Part shown: one piece after another, positions 30,545-41,490 of the stretch
How the letters are laid out: the number at the start of each line of letters is the position of its first letter
How positions within the stretch are numbered: position 1 is the first letter of the stretch
Source of the DNA: Persephonella sp.
GTDB lineage: Bacteria > Aquificota > Aquificia > Aquificales > Hydrogenothermaceae
Length of the DNA: 64,000 nucleotides
Assembly: GCF_027023985.1 (NCBI RefSeq)
Contig: NZ_JALVTW010000035.1
Location: forward strand, 1,374 to 65,373
Direction: 5' to 3'
The notes under the pieces: generated by a model
What the model was told of the DNA's origin: nothing
Database searches by the model: none
Seen by the model: only the letters and a program-made list of their open reading frames with translations
Translations under genes and position numbers: made by a program

Positions 30545-32199
30545 TTATTTTTCAGCTCCTTAAGTTTGTCTTTAAGTAGTTCTCCAAGGGTTCCAAGTCC
30601 TTCTCCGGAAGGCTTAACCTTATTCAGAACCTCTTCTAATTCTTTTTTCTCTTTGTCTTTTTCCAGTGCTTTTATACTAAGGATTATATCCTTGCCTTTA
30701 ATTTTAATTATTTTAGCCTCAATTTCCTGTCCTTTGGATAATTTATCACTTGGAATTTCTATTTTTTCTTTTGATATCTGATTTACAGGGATAAATCCTT
30801 CTACTTCATCTGCAAGCTCAACAAATGCTCCCCTATCTATCAGTTTGATTACTTTTCCTTTTACCACATCTCCAACTTTATGGGTCTTCAGGAATATTTC
30901 CCACGGATTTTCTTTAAATTGTTTTAGGCCGAGTTTTATTCTATTTCCTTCTCTGCCGAGGACTTTAAACTTTTTGATATTTTTACCTTTTAAAACGGTA
31001 GAAATATTTTTAACTTTTGGGTTCCATGTGGCATCTATGAGATGGAGAACACCTTCCAGTTCATTTCCAAGGTCTATAATTGCCATTTTTGTTTTGATTT
31101 CTTTAATCTTTCCTTCTATTTCTGAACCTTCAGGATTTTCTTCAAGGAATTTATCAACAGGATGAGGCTGTGCCTGTTTTATACTAAGTTTGAGTTTTCT
31201 ATTATCCCTGTCTAACTCAATAATCTTTGCTTGAACTTTTTGTCCAGGCTTGAATTTTTCTTTATATGCAAGGGGTTTTATATGGTCTGTTTCCATTTTA
31301 TAGATAAATCCTTCTAAATCCCCGACTTTTACGACAAGTCCGTAATCATTTATTTCTTTAACAACTGCTTCAACTACATCTCCAACTTCTTTATCAAATT
31401 CTATCCATGGATTTGGTTCAAGGTCTCTTTTAGAGAAAACAACCTTTTGGTTTTCCCTGTCTATGCTTTTTACTTTAACTTCTATTTCGTCGCCAACAGA
31501 CAGCTCATCCTGTAATTTTTTGTTTTTGTCCCAAGAATATAAAGCCTGTGGCAAGAAGCCAAAAACCACATTTTCAAGGGATAAAACTGCTCCTTTATCT
31601 GTGATTTTTACAACTTTTCCACGAACAACCTGTCCTTCTTGGAGAAGGTCAAATATTTCTTTTCTTTTTTTCTCCTCTTCTTCCTGAATAACCTGTTTTC
31701 TGGAAACAACTATGTTAGGAGTTTTTCCTATTTTTTCAAATTTCAGGACATATACATCAAATTCTGCAGGTGGAAATTCTTCCCCTTTTTTCAGTCCTGA
31801 TTCTGAAAATGGTAGATAAGCCCTTACTCCTCCGAGGTCTAACAGGAAACCTTTTGTGGCTTTCTTAATTAGTTTTGCTTTTATTTTAGAGTTTGTATTA
31901 AATGCGTTCTCAACATTTTGTAACGCCTGCTGATATAGGATTGGTTTTCTTGATATTACTGCATAACCTTCTTTATTTCTTTTGCCCAGGTATACGGCTT
32001 CTATCTCGTCCCCTTCTTGTAATCCCTGAACTTCGGAGGGATCTATAACAACTTCAGTTTTTTGTCCAATATCAACAAATGCAACATCATCCTGAATTTT
32101 TACAATTTTTCCTTTTATTACTTCACCTTTTGAATAATGGTGAATATTGGCTGATTCTTCTTCAAGAAGTTTTTCAAATTCTGACTGGAAATTTTCCAT
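30541..32199 (-). CDS. rpsA: 30S ribosomal protein S1
   Basis: Six S1-like repeats; C-terminal GTLGELL. Confidence 0.93.
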   Translation of the reverse strand: MENFQSEFEKLLEEESANIHHYSKGEVIKGKIVKIQDDVAFVDIGQKTEVVIDPSEVQGLQEGDEIEAVYLGKRNKEGYAVISRKPILYQQALQNVENAFNTNSKIKAKLIKKATKGFLLDLGGVRAYLPFSESGLKKGEEFPPAEFDVYVLKFEKIGKTPNIVVSRKQVIQEEEEKKRKEIFDLLQEGQVVRGKVVKITDKGAVLSLENVVFGFLPQALYSWDKNKKLQDELSVGDEIEVKVKSIDRENQKVVFSKRDLEPNPWIEFDKEVGDVVEAVVKEINDYGLVVKVGDLEGFIYKMETDHIKPLAYKEKFKPGQKVQAKIIELDRDNRKLKLSIKQAQPHPVDKFLEENPEGSEIEGKIKEIKTKMAIIDLGNELEGVLHLIDATWNPKVKNISTVLKGKNIKKFKVLGREGNRIKLGLKQFKENPWEIFLKTHKVGDVVKGKVIKLIDRGAFVELADEVEGFIPVNQISKEKIEIPSDKLSKGQEIEAKIIKIKGKDIILSIKALEKDKEKKELEEVLNKVKPSGEGLGTLGELLKDKLKELKNK

Positions 32200-32365
32200 A
32201 ATTTAAGACCTCTAATTTGATATTAATAGCTAAACTAAAATTTTATCATTTTTTTAGTTAACTATGAAATACGATTTAAATCTAAGATGAACTACAAAAT
32301 CAAAATTTGTCTATAGATTGATGGTGATTTATAATATTATTAGCAATAATTATAGGAAGATGACT

Positions 32366-32689
32366 ATGAAGAAATACCTCTTATTACTACTAACTATTAT
32401 CTACTTAATTCCTGGAATGGCGAATGCGAATTGTGCAGAAGGAGATATTTGTATAATATCAAAGGAATGTATTGGATTTGTAAACAAAAACTTAATTACC
32501 GACGATTCCAATAGACAAAAGGAGCTTGTGGAACAGAAATTAGCCAGAAAATTTAAACCTGGAGAACTTGTAAAAGTTTTATCAACTAATTTTTTCTGGT
32601 ATAGAACATTTGTAGAACCTCTTGAGCCAAAAACAAAAAACAAAATCAAATATTGGATAGATAGTAGATGTTTAATACCAAATAAATAA
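32366..32689 (+). CDS. Small exported hypothetical protein
   Basis: SD AGGAAG before ATG 32366; signal peptide; four Cys; SH3-like pattern (inference). Confidence 0.6.
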   Translation: MKKYLLLLLTIIYLIPGMANANCAEGDICIISKECIGFVNKNLITDDSNRQKELVEQKLARKFKPGELVKVLSTNFFWYRTFVEPLEPKTKNKIKYWIDSRCLIPNK

Positions 32690-32717
32690 CCTAAAATCTT
32701 TACTAAATTTGAAAGGA

Positions 32718-33419
32718 CTATTTTTGTAAACTCTTACTTTCCTTCATCAAATCATCTCGCTGGGTTTTGACTTTTATTATGATTTCAACTCTGTCGTTCC
32801 GTCTTCTCAAAAGTGGATGGTTCCATGTATATAAGGGCTTTGTATTCCCATATCCTGTGGCTGATATTTTTTTTGGGTCTACGCCATTTTTGATTAGAAA
32901 CTCAGCCACGTTTACAGCCCGCTCAATTGAAAGTTTCCATGGGTCAACACCTTTTGGAACTTCAATATCTGTATGTCCTTCCACTAATATTTCTGTTTCA
33001 TTCTTAGATAAACCTTTTAAAACCTTTGCTATTTGCTTTAAAGCTTTTTTAGCTTCATTTGTAAGCTCAGCACTTCCTGGTTTGAAAACAACATCATTAA
33101 ACAAACGGACTATAACATAATCCTCAATTACTTCTATCTGGTATGCATGAACAGGTAAAACTCTTTTAATTCTCTCTTTAAGGGATAAAGCCATATCCTT
33201 AGGAAGTAAACTTATTGGAGGTAGCAAAGCTGTTGTTTTTGTATATTGAAGAACTCTTTCACCCTGAAAATACCACAGGAATTTCATTAATTTTTTTATA
33301 TCAAGGACAGACATTGAATACAAAAGAATAAAGAATGTCAGCAGCAGAGACATTAAATCACTAAAACTTATTAGCCAAGCCGGTGCACTGGGACATTCCT
33401 CTTTTTTCTTTCTTGCCAT
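32718..33419 (-). CDS. motB: Flagellar stator MotB (second copy)
   Basis: WLISFSDLMSLLLTFF TM with conserved Asp; OmpA-like GHTD...RA...NDRVEI. Confidence 0.92.
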   Translation of the reverse strand: MARKKKEECPSAPAWLISFSDLMSLLLTFFILLYSMSVLDIKKLMKFLWYFQGERVLQYTKTTALLPPISLLPKDMALSLKERIKRVLPVHAYQIEVIEDYVIVRLFNDVVFKPGSAELTNEAKKALKQIAKVLKGLSKNETEILVEGHTDIEVPKGVDPWKLSIERAVNVAEFLIKNGVDPKKISATGYGNTKPLYTWNHPLLRRRNDRVEIIIKVKTQRDDLMKESKSLQK

Positions 33420-33431
33420 TTTTAATCCTTT

Positions 33432-34130
33432 TTATGAAGCATTTATAACAAATTCAACCCTTCTGTTTTTAGCCCTGCCCTGTGGTGTGTTATTTGGTGC
33501 AATAGGTCTATAAGGGCCATAACCTCTGGCAGCCATATCTTTTTCTGGATAGCCACACTGTCTAAAAAGTTTCAAAATACTTAAAGCTCTAAGGGCAGAA
33601 AGCTCAAGATTTGATTTATATTTACCACTTCTTATTGGAATGTTATCTGTATGTCCTTCAATTATTACCGTAAAACCAGCCTGTTTAAGACTTTTACATA
33701 TTTCAAGTATAAATGGCACAACTTCTGGATAAGGTGTTTCGCTTCCTGGAGGAAAAACTTTATCTGTATTTAATCTAAATCTGATAATACTTCCATGTTT
33801 GATAATATCTGCTTCTATACCTGCTTTTTTCAGTTTTTGCTGTATATCTAATAACGCCTTTGTAAGCATTTTTCTTCTTTTGATTTTTGGATACATATTT
33901 GGAAATTCAACAGGCACATTTGATTGATTAAGGAGTTTTTGCTCCAAAAATATCTTCCTTCCACCTAAACTCTCTGTAACACCTTTTATAACCATATGAA
34001 ATTTTTCAAGGGATATTGTTCCCATAGAGAATAGAAGAATAAAGAATGTAAGAAGCAATGACATAAGGTCGCCGAAGCTTATTAGCCAGCCAGGTATTTT
34101 TTTACATTCCTCTTTTTTTTTACGTGCCAT
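33432..34130 (-). CDS. motB: Flagellar stator MotB (first copy)
   Basis: WLISFGDLMSLLLTFF; GHTDN, NLELSALRA, NRRVE. Confidence 0.93.
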   Translation of the reverse strand: MARKKKEECKKIPGWLISFGDLMSLLLTFFILLFSMGTISLEKFHMVIKGVTESLGGRKIFLEQKLLNQSNVPVEFPNMYPKIKRRKMLTKALLDIQQKLKKAGIEADIIKHGSIIRFRLNTDKVFPPGSETPYPEVVPFILEICKSLKQAGFTVIIEGHTDNIPIRSGKYKSNLELSALRALSILKLFRQCGYPEKDMAARGYGPYRPIAPNNTPQGRAKNRRVEFVINAS

Positions 34131-34894
34131 TATCCTTCTTCTCCGGCTTTAACGCCAAGCAGGGACATAAGTTTTGCCCTGAGGACATTAGGGTTTGTTC
34201 CGCTGTTTATAGCTTCTATGGTCAGGATGTAACTTTCTTTCATAAGCAGGGATAGGTCTTTGTAATATTTCAGCTTTTTGGACACAGGCACACACAAAAC
34301 GTTTGCAAGAACAGCACCGTAAAGGGTTGTAATCATAGCAACGGCCATACCGGGGCCTAATGCAGATGGGTCGTTCAAGTTTTGTAACATCTGGATAAGA
34401 CCAATCAATGTTCCTATCATACCGAAAGCAGGGAATAATTCTCCTAAAGCCTCCCAGATAGCAACTTCTGTAGATAAATCCTGGTCTATTTTCATAAGGG
34501 CTGTATCTGCATTACTTTTGATTTCTTCAATATCCTGACCATCTATAAGCATTCTCATTAAATCCCCAAAAAATGGGTCTTTTTCATAGAAATTATCAAT
34601 ATCTGATTCCAGTGCCAGAATTCCATTTTTCCTTGCTTTGTTAACCACATCAACCAGAAAATCTATATGCTCAACAGGGTCAGGAAGACCGGGTTTAAAG
34701 GCTTTTAGAACAGCTTTGAGGCCGTTTATCATTTCTTTAAGGGGATAGGATGCAAGGGATGCTGCAAGTCCTCCACCTACAACTATAAGTAATGAAGGTA
34801 TATTTACGAAAGCAAGGGGACTACCACCTAAGGCTATTGAGATTACCAGTAGAAGCGTCGCACCAACAATACCAATGACCGTGGCTATGTCCAA
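34130..34894 (-). CDS. motA: Flagellar stator MotA
   Basis: PSLLIVVGG, GILALE, PAFGMIGTLIGL, MITTLYG. Confidence 0.95.
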   Translation of the reverse strand: MDIATVIGIVGATLLLVISIALGGSPLAFVNIPSLLIVVGGGLAASLASYPLKEMINGLKAVLKAFKPGLPDPVEHIDFLVDVVNKARKNGILALESDIDNFYEKDPFFGDLMRMLIDGQDIEEIKSNADTALMKIDQDLSTEVAIWEALGELFPAFGMIGTLIGLIQMLQNLNDPSALGPGMAVAMITTLYGAVLANVLCVPVSKKLKYYKDLSLLMKESYILTIEAINSGTNPNVLRAKLMSLLGVKAGEEG

Positions 34895-34905
34895 GGTTAT
34901 CCTCT

Positions 34906-35961
34906 CTATTCAAATAGTTTAAGTCTTTTGTATTCCTTAAGTAATTTCTGTTGCTCGGCCTGAACGAATTTTATAATAAAGTTTTTATTTTCACCCTTAA
35001 GGTCTTTGAATTCTGCCCCGTAACATATGTTCTTGCCCATTTCCCTTATATTTTTAATAACTGCCTGAACAGGTATTTGGGCATCTTCAAACTCAAGCAC
35101 AAGATTTATCTCTGCCCCAATATTCATTTTCAAATTCCGTGCTTCTTTTATTGGAATACAAAAACCTACTCCGTCAATACTAATATCGGTTGTTTTGAAC
35201 TCTTTTTTTACCTTATTTCCGTTAATGTCGTAAGTCTCTAAAATTAAAGGAATTTCTTTTTTGACCCGGAAATCTTTTCTCCTTTGAATCTGAAGGAATT
35301 TAAATGTATGGGGGATTTTTATTATGTATTTTCCATCTTCTTCAAAGATTTCCTCAATATTACCATCAATTAGATATATTGCATCATCTTCCCTTATAAA
35401 TTTTATTTTCACATTATCTCCTTCTTTAAAAGGAAAAGGAGGTTTCTGGTCTATAAGATACCAATACATATATTTTTCATCCTTATCATAAAGGGCAACG
35501 GGATAGGTTCTATTTTGATACATAAAGTTTCCAGTCTGGAAAAGGTCTATATCTTTGGTTGATATAAGAGGCATGAATGGCGGTATTTTGTCAAATCCTA
35601 ATTTTTTACGCATATTTTTTATAAGTTTTTCATCAAAATCAGGATTGTCTTCTATGTATGCCTGAACTACCTTTTCAAATGGTGCTTTATATTCAAGAAC
35701 AAGAAATGGGTCCTTATGGGTTTTATGGGAGTATTCCCAGAGAATTTCCAGCTCTCGTCTTGTTAAACCATAAGCTTCTCCATTTCTAAAAAATAATCTT
35801 TTCATATATCTCTGGGAGATAAACTCCTCAAATTTCTCCCAGAAAAACAGAAAAAAAGCAATTAAAACAAAAATAAGGACTACTATAAAAACTGCTATCA
35901 GATTAACATGCTCTATTGTTGTTCTAAATGCATCAACAACAATATTTACCCTTTCATCCAC
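34906..35961 (-). CDS. Membrane-anchored YcgR-like PilZ-domain protein (flagellar brake candidate)
   Basis: N-terminal TM; QRRKDFR (RxxxR) and DISIDG (DxSxxG) motifs; directly upstream of motA. Confidence 0.85.
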   Translation of the reverse strand: MDERVNIVVDAFRTTIEHVNLIAVFIVVLIFVLIAFFLFFWEKFEEFISQRYMKRLFFRNGEAYGLTRRELEILWEYSHKTHKDPFLVLEYKAPFEKVVQAYIEDNPDFDEKLIKNMRKKLGFDKIPPFMPLISTKDIDLFQTGNFMYQNRTYPVALYDKDEKYMYWYLIDQKPPFPFKEGDNVKIKFIREDDAIYLIDGNIEEIFEEDGKYIIKIPHTFKFLQIQRRKDFRVKKEIPLILETYDINGNKVKKEFKTTDISIDGVGFCIPIKEARNLKMNIGAEINLVLEFEDAQIPVQAVIKNIREMGKNICYGAEFKDLKGENKNFIIKFVQAEQQKLLKEYKRLKLFE

Positions 35962-35996
35962 ATTTTACTCCAGACTGGTAAGAAATAGGTTTTTAA

Positions 35997-36851
35997 CTAT
36001 TTCGTAATTTCCTGAATTTTCTCAACAACTTCCTTTATTATCCAGTCTGGAGTGGATGCTCCTGCTGATACACCTATATTTTCAGCATTTTCAAACCATT
36101 CAGGTTGAAGTTCATCCGCCTTTTCTACGTGGTATGTATTTGGATTTAAGGCCTTTGATATCTGTGTCAGTCTTCTGGTATTTCCGCTGTGCTTTCCGCC
36201 AATAATAATCATTACATCAACTTCTTTTGCCAGTTTTTTAACTTCTTCCTGACGGACAGATGTTGCGTCGCATATAGTATTGAATACTTTGAGTTCCTCA
36301 ACATTAGAAGCTATATATCCAACAGCTTCTTCAAAAAATTCTTCATTTTGGGTTGTTTGAGCTACAACACCTACTTTGTTCCTTTTGGGAAATTTTCTAA
36401 TCAGGTCTTCCATATTCTCCACTACAATTCCTTTTCCCCCAACCTCTTCAAGATGTCCAAGAATTCCGATGACTTCAGGGTGTCCTTCTTCTCCGATAAT
36501 AATTACATAATATCCTTCCTCAACAAGCTGACGCACCTTTTCATGAACTTTTTTAACAAATGGACAGGTGGCATCTATAACATTAACACCCAGCTCTTGT
36601 AGTTTTCTTTCTGTGGAAGGTGGAACACCATGGGAACGAATTAAAATCGTATCCCCTGCTTTTAATTCATCATAGCTGCTTAGTTCCCTTACATTCAGGT
36701 TTTCAAGAAATTGGACAACCTGCTTGTTGTGGATTATTGGACCATTTGTGTATGCTTTACCATATTTTTTTCCTGCTTCTATGGCACTATCAACAGCAAT
36801 CTTAACACCAAAGCAAAATCCTGCTGTTTCTGCAACTTTTATATTAGCCAT
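35997..36851 (-). CDS. ispH: HMBPP reductase
   Basis: GFCFGV, IIHN, SHG, DATCP, TICDAT, HSGNT, AGASTP. Confidence 0.97.
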   Translation of the reverse strand: MANIKVAETAGFCFGVKIAVDSAIEAGKKYGKAYTNGPIIHNKQVVQFLENLNVRELSSYDELKAGDTILIRSHGVPPSTERKLQELGVNVIDATCPFVKKVHEKVRQLVEEGYYVIIIGEEGHPEVIGILGHLEEVGGKGIVVENMEDLIRKFPKRNKVGVVAQTTQNEEFFEEAVGYIASNVEELKVFNTICDATSVRQEEVKKLAKEVDVMIIIGGKHSGNTRRLTQISKALNPNTYHVEKADELQPEWFENAENIGVSAGASTPDWIIKEVVEKIQEITK

Positions 36852-36862
36852 TTTGTTTCCTC

Positions 36863-37468
36863 CTAAAGTTTTTTAATTTCTTCCATTATATACTCTGCAA
36901 TTTCCATATATTCTTTATTTTTGTCTATTTTTAATGGTTTTCCAAACTTTATCTGAACAGGACTTTTCCATATTTTTGGAAAGCTGCTTCCCACAGGCAT
37001 AATAAGGTCTGTTCCCTCTATTCTAACAGGGACAACTTCTCCTGAAGTTTTGGATACAAGAAGTCCAACACCACTCTGGGGTTTCCTAAACTGTCCGGGT
37101 TTTGCCCTTGTTCCTTCAGGGAAAATACCAATGCAATAGCCATTATTAACCAGTTCTATAGCCTTCTTTAAAGCTCCTATATCTCTTGTTGTTCTTTTTA
37201 CAGGAATTGCACCTGCTTTTCTGATAATCCAGCTTAAAACAGGAATTTTAAACAGTTCATGTTTTGCCATAAAAAATATAGGCCGTGGAGATACCGTATT
37301 CAGCACAAAAGGGTCAAGATTACTCCTGTGGTTTGCAGCAAGGATACATCCGCCTTCCTTTGGAATATTCTCTATCCCTTCTGCTGATATTCTAAAAATC
37401 AGCCTAAATATCGGCCTTATTAAAAACCAGAGTTTATATCCAAATTTAGAATATTCAAAGTTTTCCAT
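36863..37468 (-). CDS. plsC: 1-acyl-sn-glycerol-3-phosphate acyltransferase
   Basis: NHRSNLD (HxxxxD), IFPEGTR. Confidence 0.93.
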   Translation of the reverse strand: MENFEYSKFGYKLWFLIRPIFRLIFRISAEGIENIPKEGGCILAANHRSNLDPFVLNTVSPRPIFFMAKHELFKIPVLSWIIRKAGAIPVKRTTRDIGALKKAIELVNNGYCIGIFPEGTRAKPGQFRKPQSGVGLLVSKTSGEVVPVRIEGTDLIMPVGSSFPKIWKSPVQIKFGKPLKIDKNKEYMEIAEYIMEEIKKL

Positions 37469-37511
37469 TTTTCCTGAACCCTTTGCCTTAAAATTATATT
37501 AATTATATTTT

Positions 37512-38150
37512 TCATTTCAAATTCTGCTGGCATATATTCTTTATAGGACAGTTTTCACATACAGGTTTTTTCTTACAATAATTTTTCCCAAGCTCAACTA
37601 TAAGTGCATGATACTCTTTGTAAACTTCTAAATCCTTCGGAATATTATCTGTTATTAATTTTTGTAGCTGGGAATATCTGATTTTAGGGTTATCTATAAT
37701 ACCAGCACGATAAAACAGCCTTTTTGTATATGCATCAACAACAAAATAAGGTCTATCCAGTCCATAAAGGAGAATACTGTCTGCAGTTTCTTCTCCTATG
37801 CCTTTAAGGGATAATAAAAACTCCCTTGTTATCTCTTCCCTTGGCTTATTTTTTATAGCATTCACAAAATTTTTGATATATCTGGCCTTTTGTCTGTAAA
37901 ATCCTGCCGGTTTAATCAGTTTTTCAAGTTTTTCTGTTTCTATATTTGCAAGGGCATTCCATTCAAGCAGATTTTCCTTTATCAAGTTTTCAATGGCTTT
38001 TTCAACATTTGACCAGTTCGTATTCTGGGTCAGGATTGCCCCTATAGAAACTTCAAGAAATCTATCTACACCCTGATGAACAGGCCACCAGTTTTGATAA
38101 CCAAAAGCCTCTAAAAGTTTTTCATAAATAGTAAAAATTTTGTTTTCCAT
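37512..38150 (-). CDS. Endonuclease III-like HhH-GPD glycosylase
   Basis: GAILTQNT, LKGIGEETADSIL, VVDAY, C-terminal 4Fe-4S Cys motif. Confidence 0.9.
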   Translation of the reverse strand: MENKIFTIYEKLLEAFGYQNWWPVHQGVDRFLEVSIGAILTQNTNWSNVEKAIENLIKENLLEWNALANIETEKLEKLIKPAGFYRQKARYIKNFVNAIKNKPREEITREFLLSLKGIGEETADSILLYGLDRPYFVVDAYTKRLFYRAGIIDNPKIRYSQLQKLITDNIPKDLEVYKEYHALIVELGKNYCKKKPVCENCPIKNICQQNLK

Positions 38151-38244
38151 AAGCTAAAAATTTATAATAGTTTTATTGCATATTGCAATATTCAAAATAG
38201 AAATAAATTAATGACCGTGAACAATTCAAGGAGGTGTTTCTTAA

Positions 38245-38997
38245 ATGGCTGGACATAGTAAATGGCACAATATAAGACACAAAAAAGCAAAACAGGATGC
38301 TAAAAGAGGACAGCTTTTTACAAAGCTTCTCAGGGAAATAACAGTTGCAGCAAGACAGGGCGGTGGTGACCCTGAATTTAACCCAAGGCTCAGAATTGCC
38401 ATCGAAAAGGCTAAAAAAGCAAATATGCCAATTGAAAATATTGAAAGAGCAATCAAAAGAGGAACAGGTGAATTAGAAGGTGTAAACTACGAAGAGGTTG
38501 TTTATGAAGGATACGGTCCTGAAGGTGTCGCTATTATAGTTGAATGTCTCACAGATAACAGAAACAGAACAACGTCAGAGGTAAGACACCTGTTCACAAA
38601 ACACGGTGGAAATCTTGGTGCATCCGGTTGTGTATCATTCCTTTTTGAAGAAAAAGGAGTAATTCTTGTCCCTAAGGACAGCATCTCTGAAGAAGAACTC
38701 TTTGAGAAAGCAATAGAAGCAGGTGCAGAAGACCTTATAACCGATGATGAAAACTACTATGAAGTCAGAACAGAACCAAAAGACCTGTATGCTGTTAAGG
38801 AAGCCCTTGAGAAAGAAGGAATTTCCATAGAAAAAGCAGAAATAACAAGAATTCCAACAACAACAGTTGAAATAAAAGACCCTGAAACAGCACAAAAACT
38901 TCTTAAACTACTTGATGCCCTTGAGGATAATGACGATGTTCAAAAGGTTTACTCAAACTTTGAAATGTCAGATGAACTGATAAATCAGGTGGCATGA
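38245..38997 (+). CDS. yebC: YebC/PmpR family protein
   Basis: [33 protein letters not shown]. Confidence 0.97.
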   Translation: MAGHSKWHNIRHKKAKQDAKRGQLFTKLLREITVAARQGGGDPEFNPRLRIAIEKAKKANMPIENIERAIKRGTGELEGVNYEEVVYEGYGPEGVAIIVECLTDNRNRTTSEVRHLFTKHGGNLGASGCVSFLFEEKGVILVPKDSISEEELFEKAIEAGAEDLITDDENYYEVRTEPKDLYAVKEALEKEGISIEKAEITRIPTTTVEIKDPETAQKLLKLLDALEDNDDVQKVYSNFEMSDELINQVA

Positions 38998-39458
38998 TAA
39001 AAGTTCTTGGTATAGACCCGGGGAATTATTCCACCGGGTTTTCTATTTTGATAGGCAAAGGAAATAATTTTAAGGTTGAACGTTCAGGAACAATAAAATC
39101 CAGAAAAAGACCTGACAATCTTAAAAATATATTTAATAGCTTACAGGAAATTATTGACAACCATTCTCCAGATGAGATAGCTCTTGAGGCTGCATTCTAT
39201 GGGAAAAATCCCCAGTCATTAATCAGACTTGGGGAGGTAAGAGGTATAATTCTTTTAATCTCTTCAATAAATAATATCAAGTTGTTTGAATATACACCCC
39301 AGCAGGTAAAAAATGCTATTACCGGATATGGCTGGTCTAAAAAAGAGGAAGTTTCTCTAATGGTAGAAAAAATTCTGGGAGTCAAAACCCAGACCCATGA
39401 TGAAGCTGATGCTATTGCCGTTGCATTTTGTCATCTTTTATCAAGGGGGAAAATATGA
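38994..39458 (+). CDS. ruvC: Holliday junction resolvase RuvC
   Basis: [25 protein letters not shown]. Confidence 0.95.
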   Translation: MIKVLGIDPGNYSTGFSILIGKGNNFKVERSGTIKSRKRPDNLKNIFNSLQEIIDNHSPDEIALEAAFYGKNPQSLIRLGEVRGIILLISSINNIKLFEYTPQQVKNAITGYGWSKKEEVSLMVEKILGVKTQTHDEADAIAVAFCHLLSRGKI

Positions 39459-40072
39459 TTGATAAAGTTCTGGTAGCCACAACAAATAAAGGAAAATTAA
39501 AGGAATTCAAGCAGCTTTTATCAAAATACGGAATACAGGTTTTATCCCTTGAAGATATGCCTGAAAAATTTGAAGTAGAAGAGGATAAAGAAACATTTTT
39601 AGAAAATGCGATTAAAAAAGCCAGAGAGTATGCCCAGTTTTACAAAATACCTGTTATTGCTGAGGATGCAGGTTTAGAGGTAAAAGCCTTAAACGGATAT
39701 CCCGGTGTGTATTCTGCAAGATTTTATGATATTGAGTTTGGAGGCAAACAGCCTCTAGAGGAAAATAAGGATAAAGCCAATATTAAAAAGCTCCTCAGAC
39801 TTATGGAAGGTGTTGAGGATAGGGAGGCCAGATTTGTCAGTGTTGTTGTTTTTTATAATCCTGAGGATTTCGGTCTATGGACAGAAGGATACTGCTACGG
39901 GAAAATAACAGATAAGCCTATCGGGGATAAAGGCTTTGGATATGACCCAATTTTTGTTCCTGAAGGATATTTGGTAACAATGGCACAGCTTACACCTGAA
40001 GAAAAAAACAAAATATCCCATAGAGGAAAGGCAGTTAGAAAATTAGTGGAAAAACTTCAAAAACTCCTCTAA
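39455..40072 (+). CDS. rdgB: Non-canonical purine NTP pyrophosphatase
   Basis: [26 protein letters not shown]. Start placed at ATG 39455. Confidence 0.95.
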   Translation: MIDKVLVATTNKGKLKEFKQLLSKYGIQVLSLEDMPEKFEVEEDKETFLENAIKKAREYAQFYKIPVIAEDAGLEVKALNGYPGVYSARFYDIEFGGKQPLEENKDKANIKKLLRLMEGVEDREARFVSVVVFYNPEDFGLWTEGYCYGKITDKPIGDKGFGYDPIFVPEGYLVTMAQLTPEEKNKISHRGKAVRKLVEKLQKLL

Positions 40073-41490
40073 AAACTTTCATACAAAAATGGTGAAACAG
40101 CAACCTTATAGTTAAGTAAGAATATAGCTATCAAAAACAAAATAGAAGATACTGCATAAAATCTATATGGAGGAAGATTTACAATAAATTTCTCCTTTAG
40201 CCAGCTATCTATGAAGGCTATCCCAAAACCAATGATTAAGGGAATAACAATATCTGTTCTGAAAACAATAAAAGAAGCCAGTCCTACAGGATTAAAACCT
40301 GTAACCATTGTCACAAAATAATCCTTTAAAGTTGATATATCAGTAATCGCAAAAACAATCCATAACACAGCAATTAGATTAAATGTCAAAAACCACATCA
40401 GATATCTTTTTATTCTGCTATCTTCCTTTAAATCCCGCGTAAAAATCACACCAAGTCCATGGGAAAATCCCCAGATAATATAGTTAAAGTAATTACCATG
40501 CCATATTCCACTTAAAATAAAGGCAATCAATATATTGATATATGTCCTGATTTTTCCCTTCCTATTGCCACCTAATAAATCAATATAAACATAATCCCTT
40601 ATCCACTGATAAAGTGTTATATGCCATCTTCTCCAAAATTCCCTGAAACTTTTGGAAAGATATGGCGACCTGAAATTTTCAGGGAGGTTAATTCCCATAA
40701 GCAAAGAAGTTCCCCTTGCAATGTCTGTATATCCCGAAAAATCCAGAAATATATAAGCTGTATAAACATAAATATTCATAAATAACTCTTCACCACCAAA
40801 GCCTGCAGGATTTGAAAAAATAGCCGAGGAATACTGGAACAGATAATCAGCAAACCATTTTTTTATAATACCCAGTGCCAGTAAAAAAACACCAAGATTT
40901 AGCTCATTAAAAGTTTTATTTTTGTAATTCCAGTTAACCTGCCTGATAAATTCCCTGTATCTAACAAGGGGACCTGCAAATATTTTTGGAAAATATATTG
41001 AATAAAGCAGAAAATCTATCAGGAAAAACTTTCTAAATTTCTTTTTATAAAAATCAACAAACATTGAGATTGCATTTAAAGAAAAGTAAGAAAGACCTAT
41101 AATCTGAATAAAATAATTAGGCTCTGTTTTTAAAAGTGGCAGATAATCCTTCATCATAATTAGAGGGATAAGATTTATAACAATAGCAACAATCAAAATA
41201 GCTTTACGGACAGAGGGCTTATTATCAAATAAATCCATATTCCTGAGCAGGAGATAGTTAATAGCAATAAGGTTCATAAATATAAAAAGTGCAGGCAGGT
41301 TTCCCTTGAGAATCAGTAGATAATAAATAAATCCAATAAAAACCTGAAAAAGTTTATAGCCTGTAATGCTCAGTCTGGAGGAAAAATAACTCAGCAAAAA
41401 TAATGGAGGAAGTAACAGAAAAAACAAAAAATTACCGATTCTCAGGTGGTCTATACATCCATTTATTAGCTCTTGCATACTATTTCCCAT
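40069..41490 (-). CDS. MBOAT O-acyltransferase (AlgI/PatA/DltB-like)
   Basis: GLSY, GPLVR, DFSGYTD, NFRSPY, FWRRWHI, SGIWHG; C-terminal PFLYESF. Start is 41490 or 41478. Confidence 0.92.
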   Translation of the reverse strand: MGNSMQELINGCIDHLRIGNFLFFLLLPPLFLLSYFSSRLSITGYKLFQVFIGFIYYLLILKGNLPALFIFMNLIAINYLLLRNMDLFDNKPSVRKAILIVAIVINLIPLIMMKDYLPLLKTEPNYFIQIIGLSYFSLNAISMFVDFYKKKFRKFFLIDFLLYSIYFPKIFAGPLVRYREFIRQVNWNYKNKTFNELNLGVFLLALGIIKKWFADYLFQYSSAIFSNPAGFGGEELFMNIYVYTAYIFLDFSGYTDIARGTSLLMGINLPENFRSPYLSKSFREFWRRWHITLYQWIRDYVYIDLLGGNRKGKIRTYINILIAFILSGIWHGNYFNYIIWGFSHGLGVIFTRDLKEDSRIKRYLMWFLTFNLIAVLWIVFAITDISTLKDYFVTMVTGFNPVGLASFIVFRTDIVIPLIIGFGIAFIDSWLKEKFIVNLPPYRFYAVSSILFLIAIFLLNYKVAVSPFLYESF

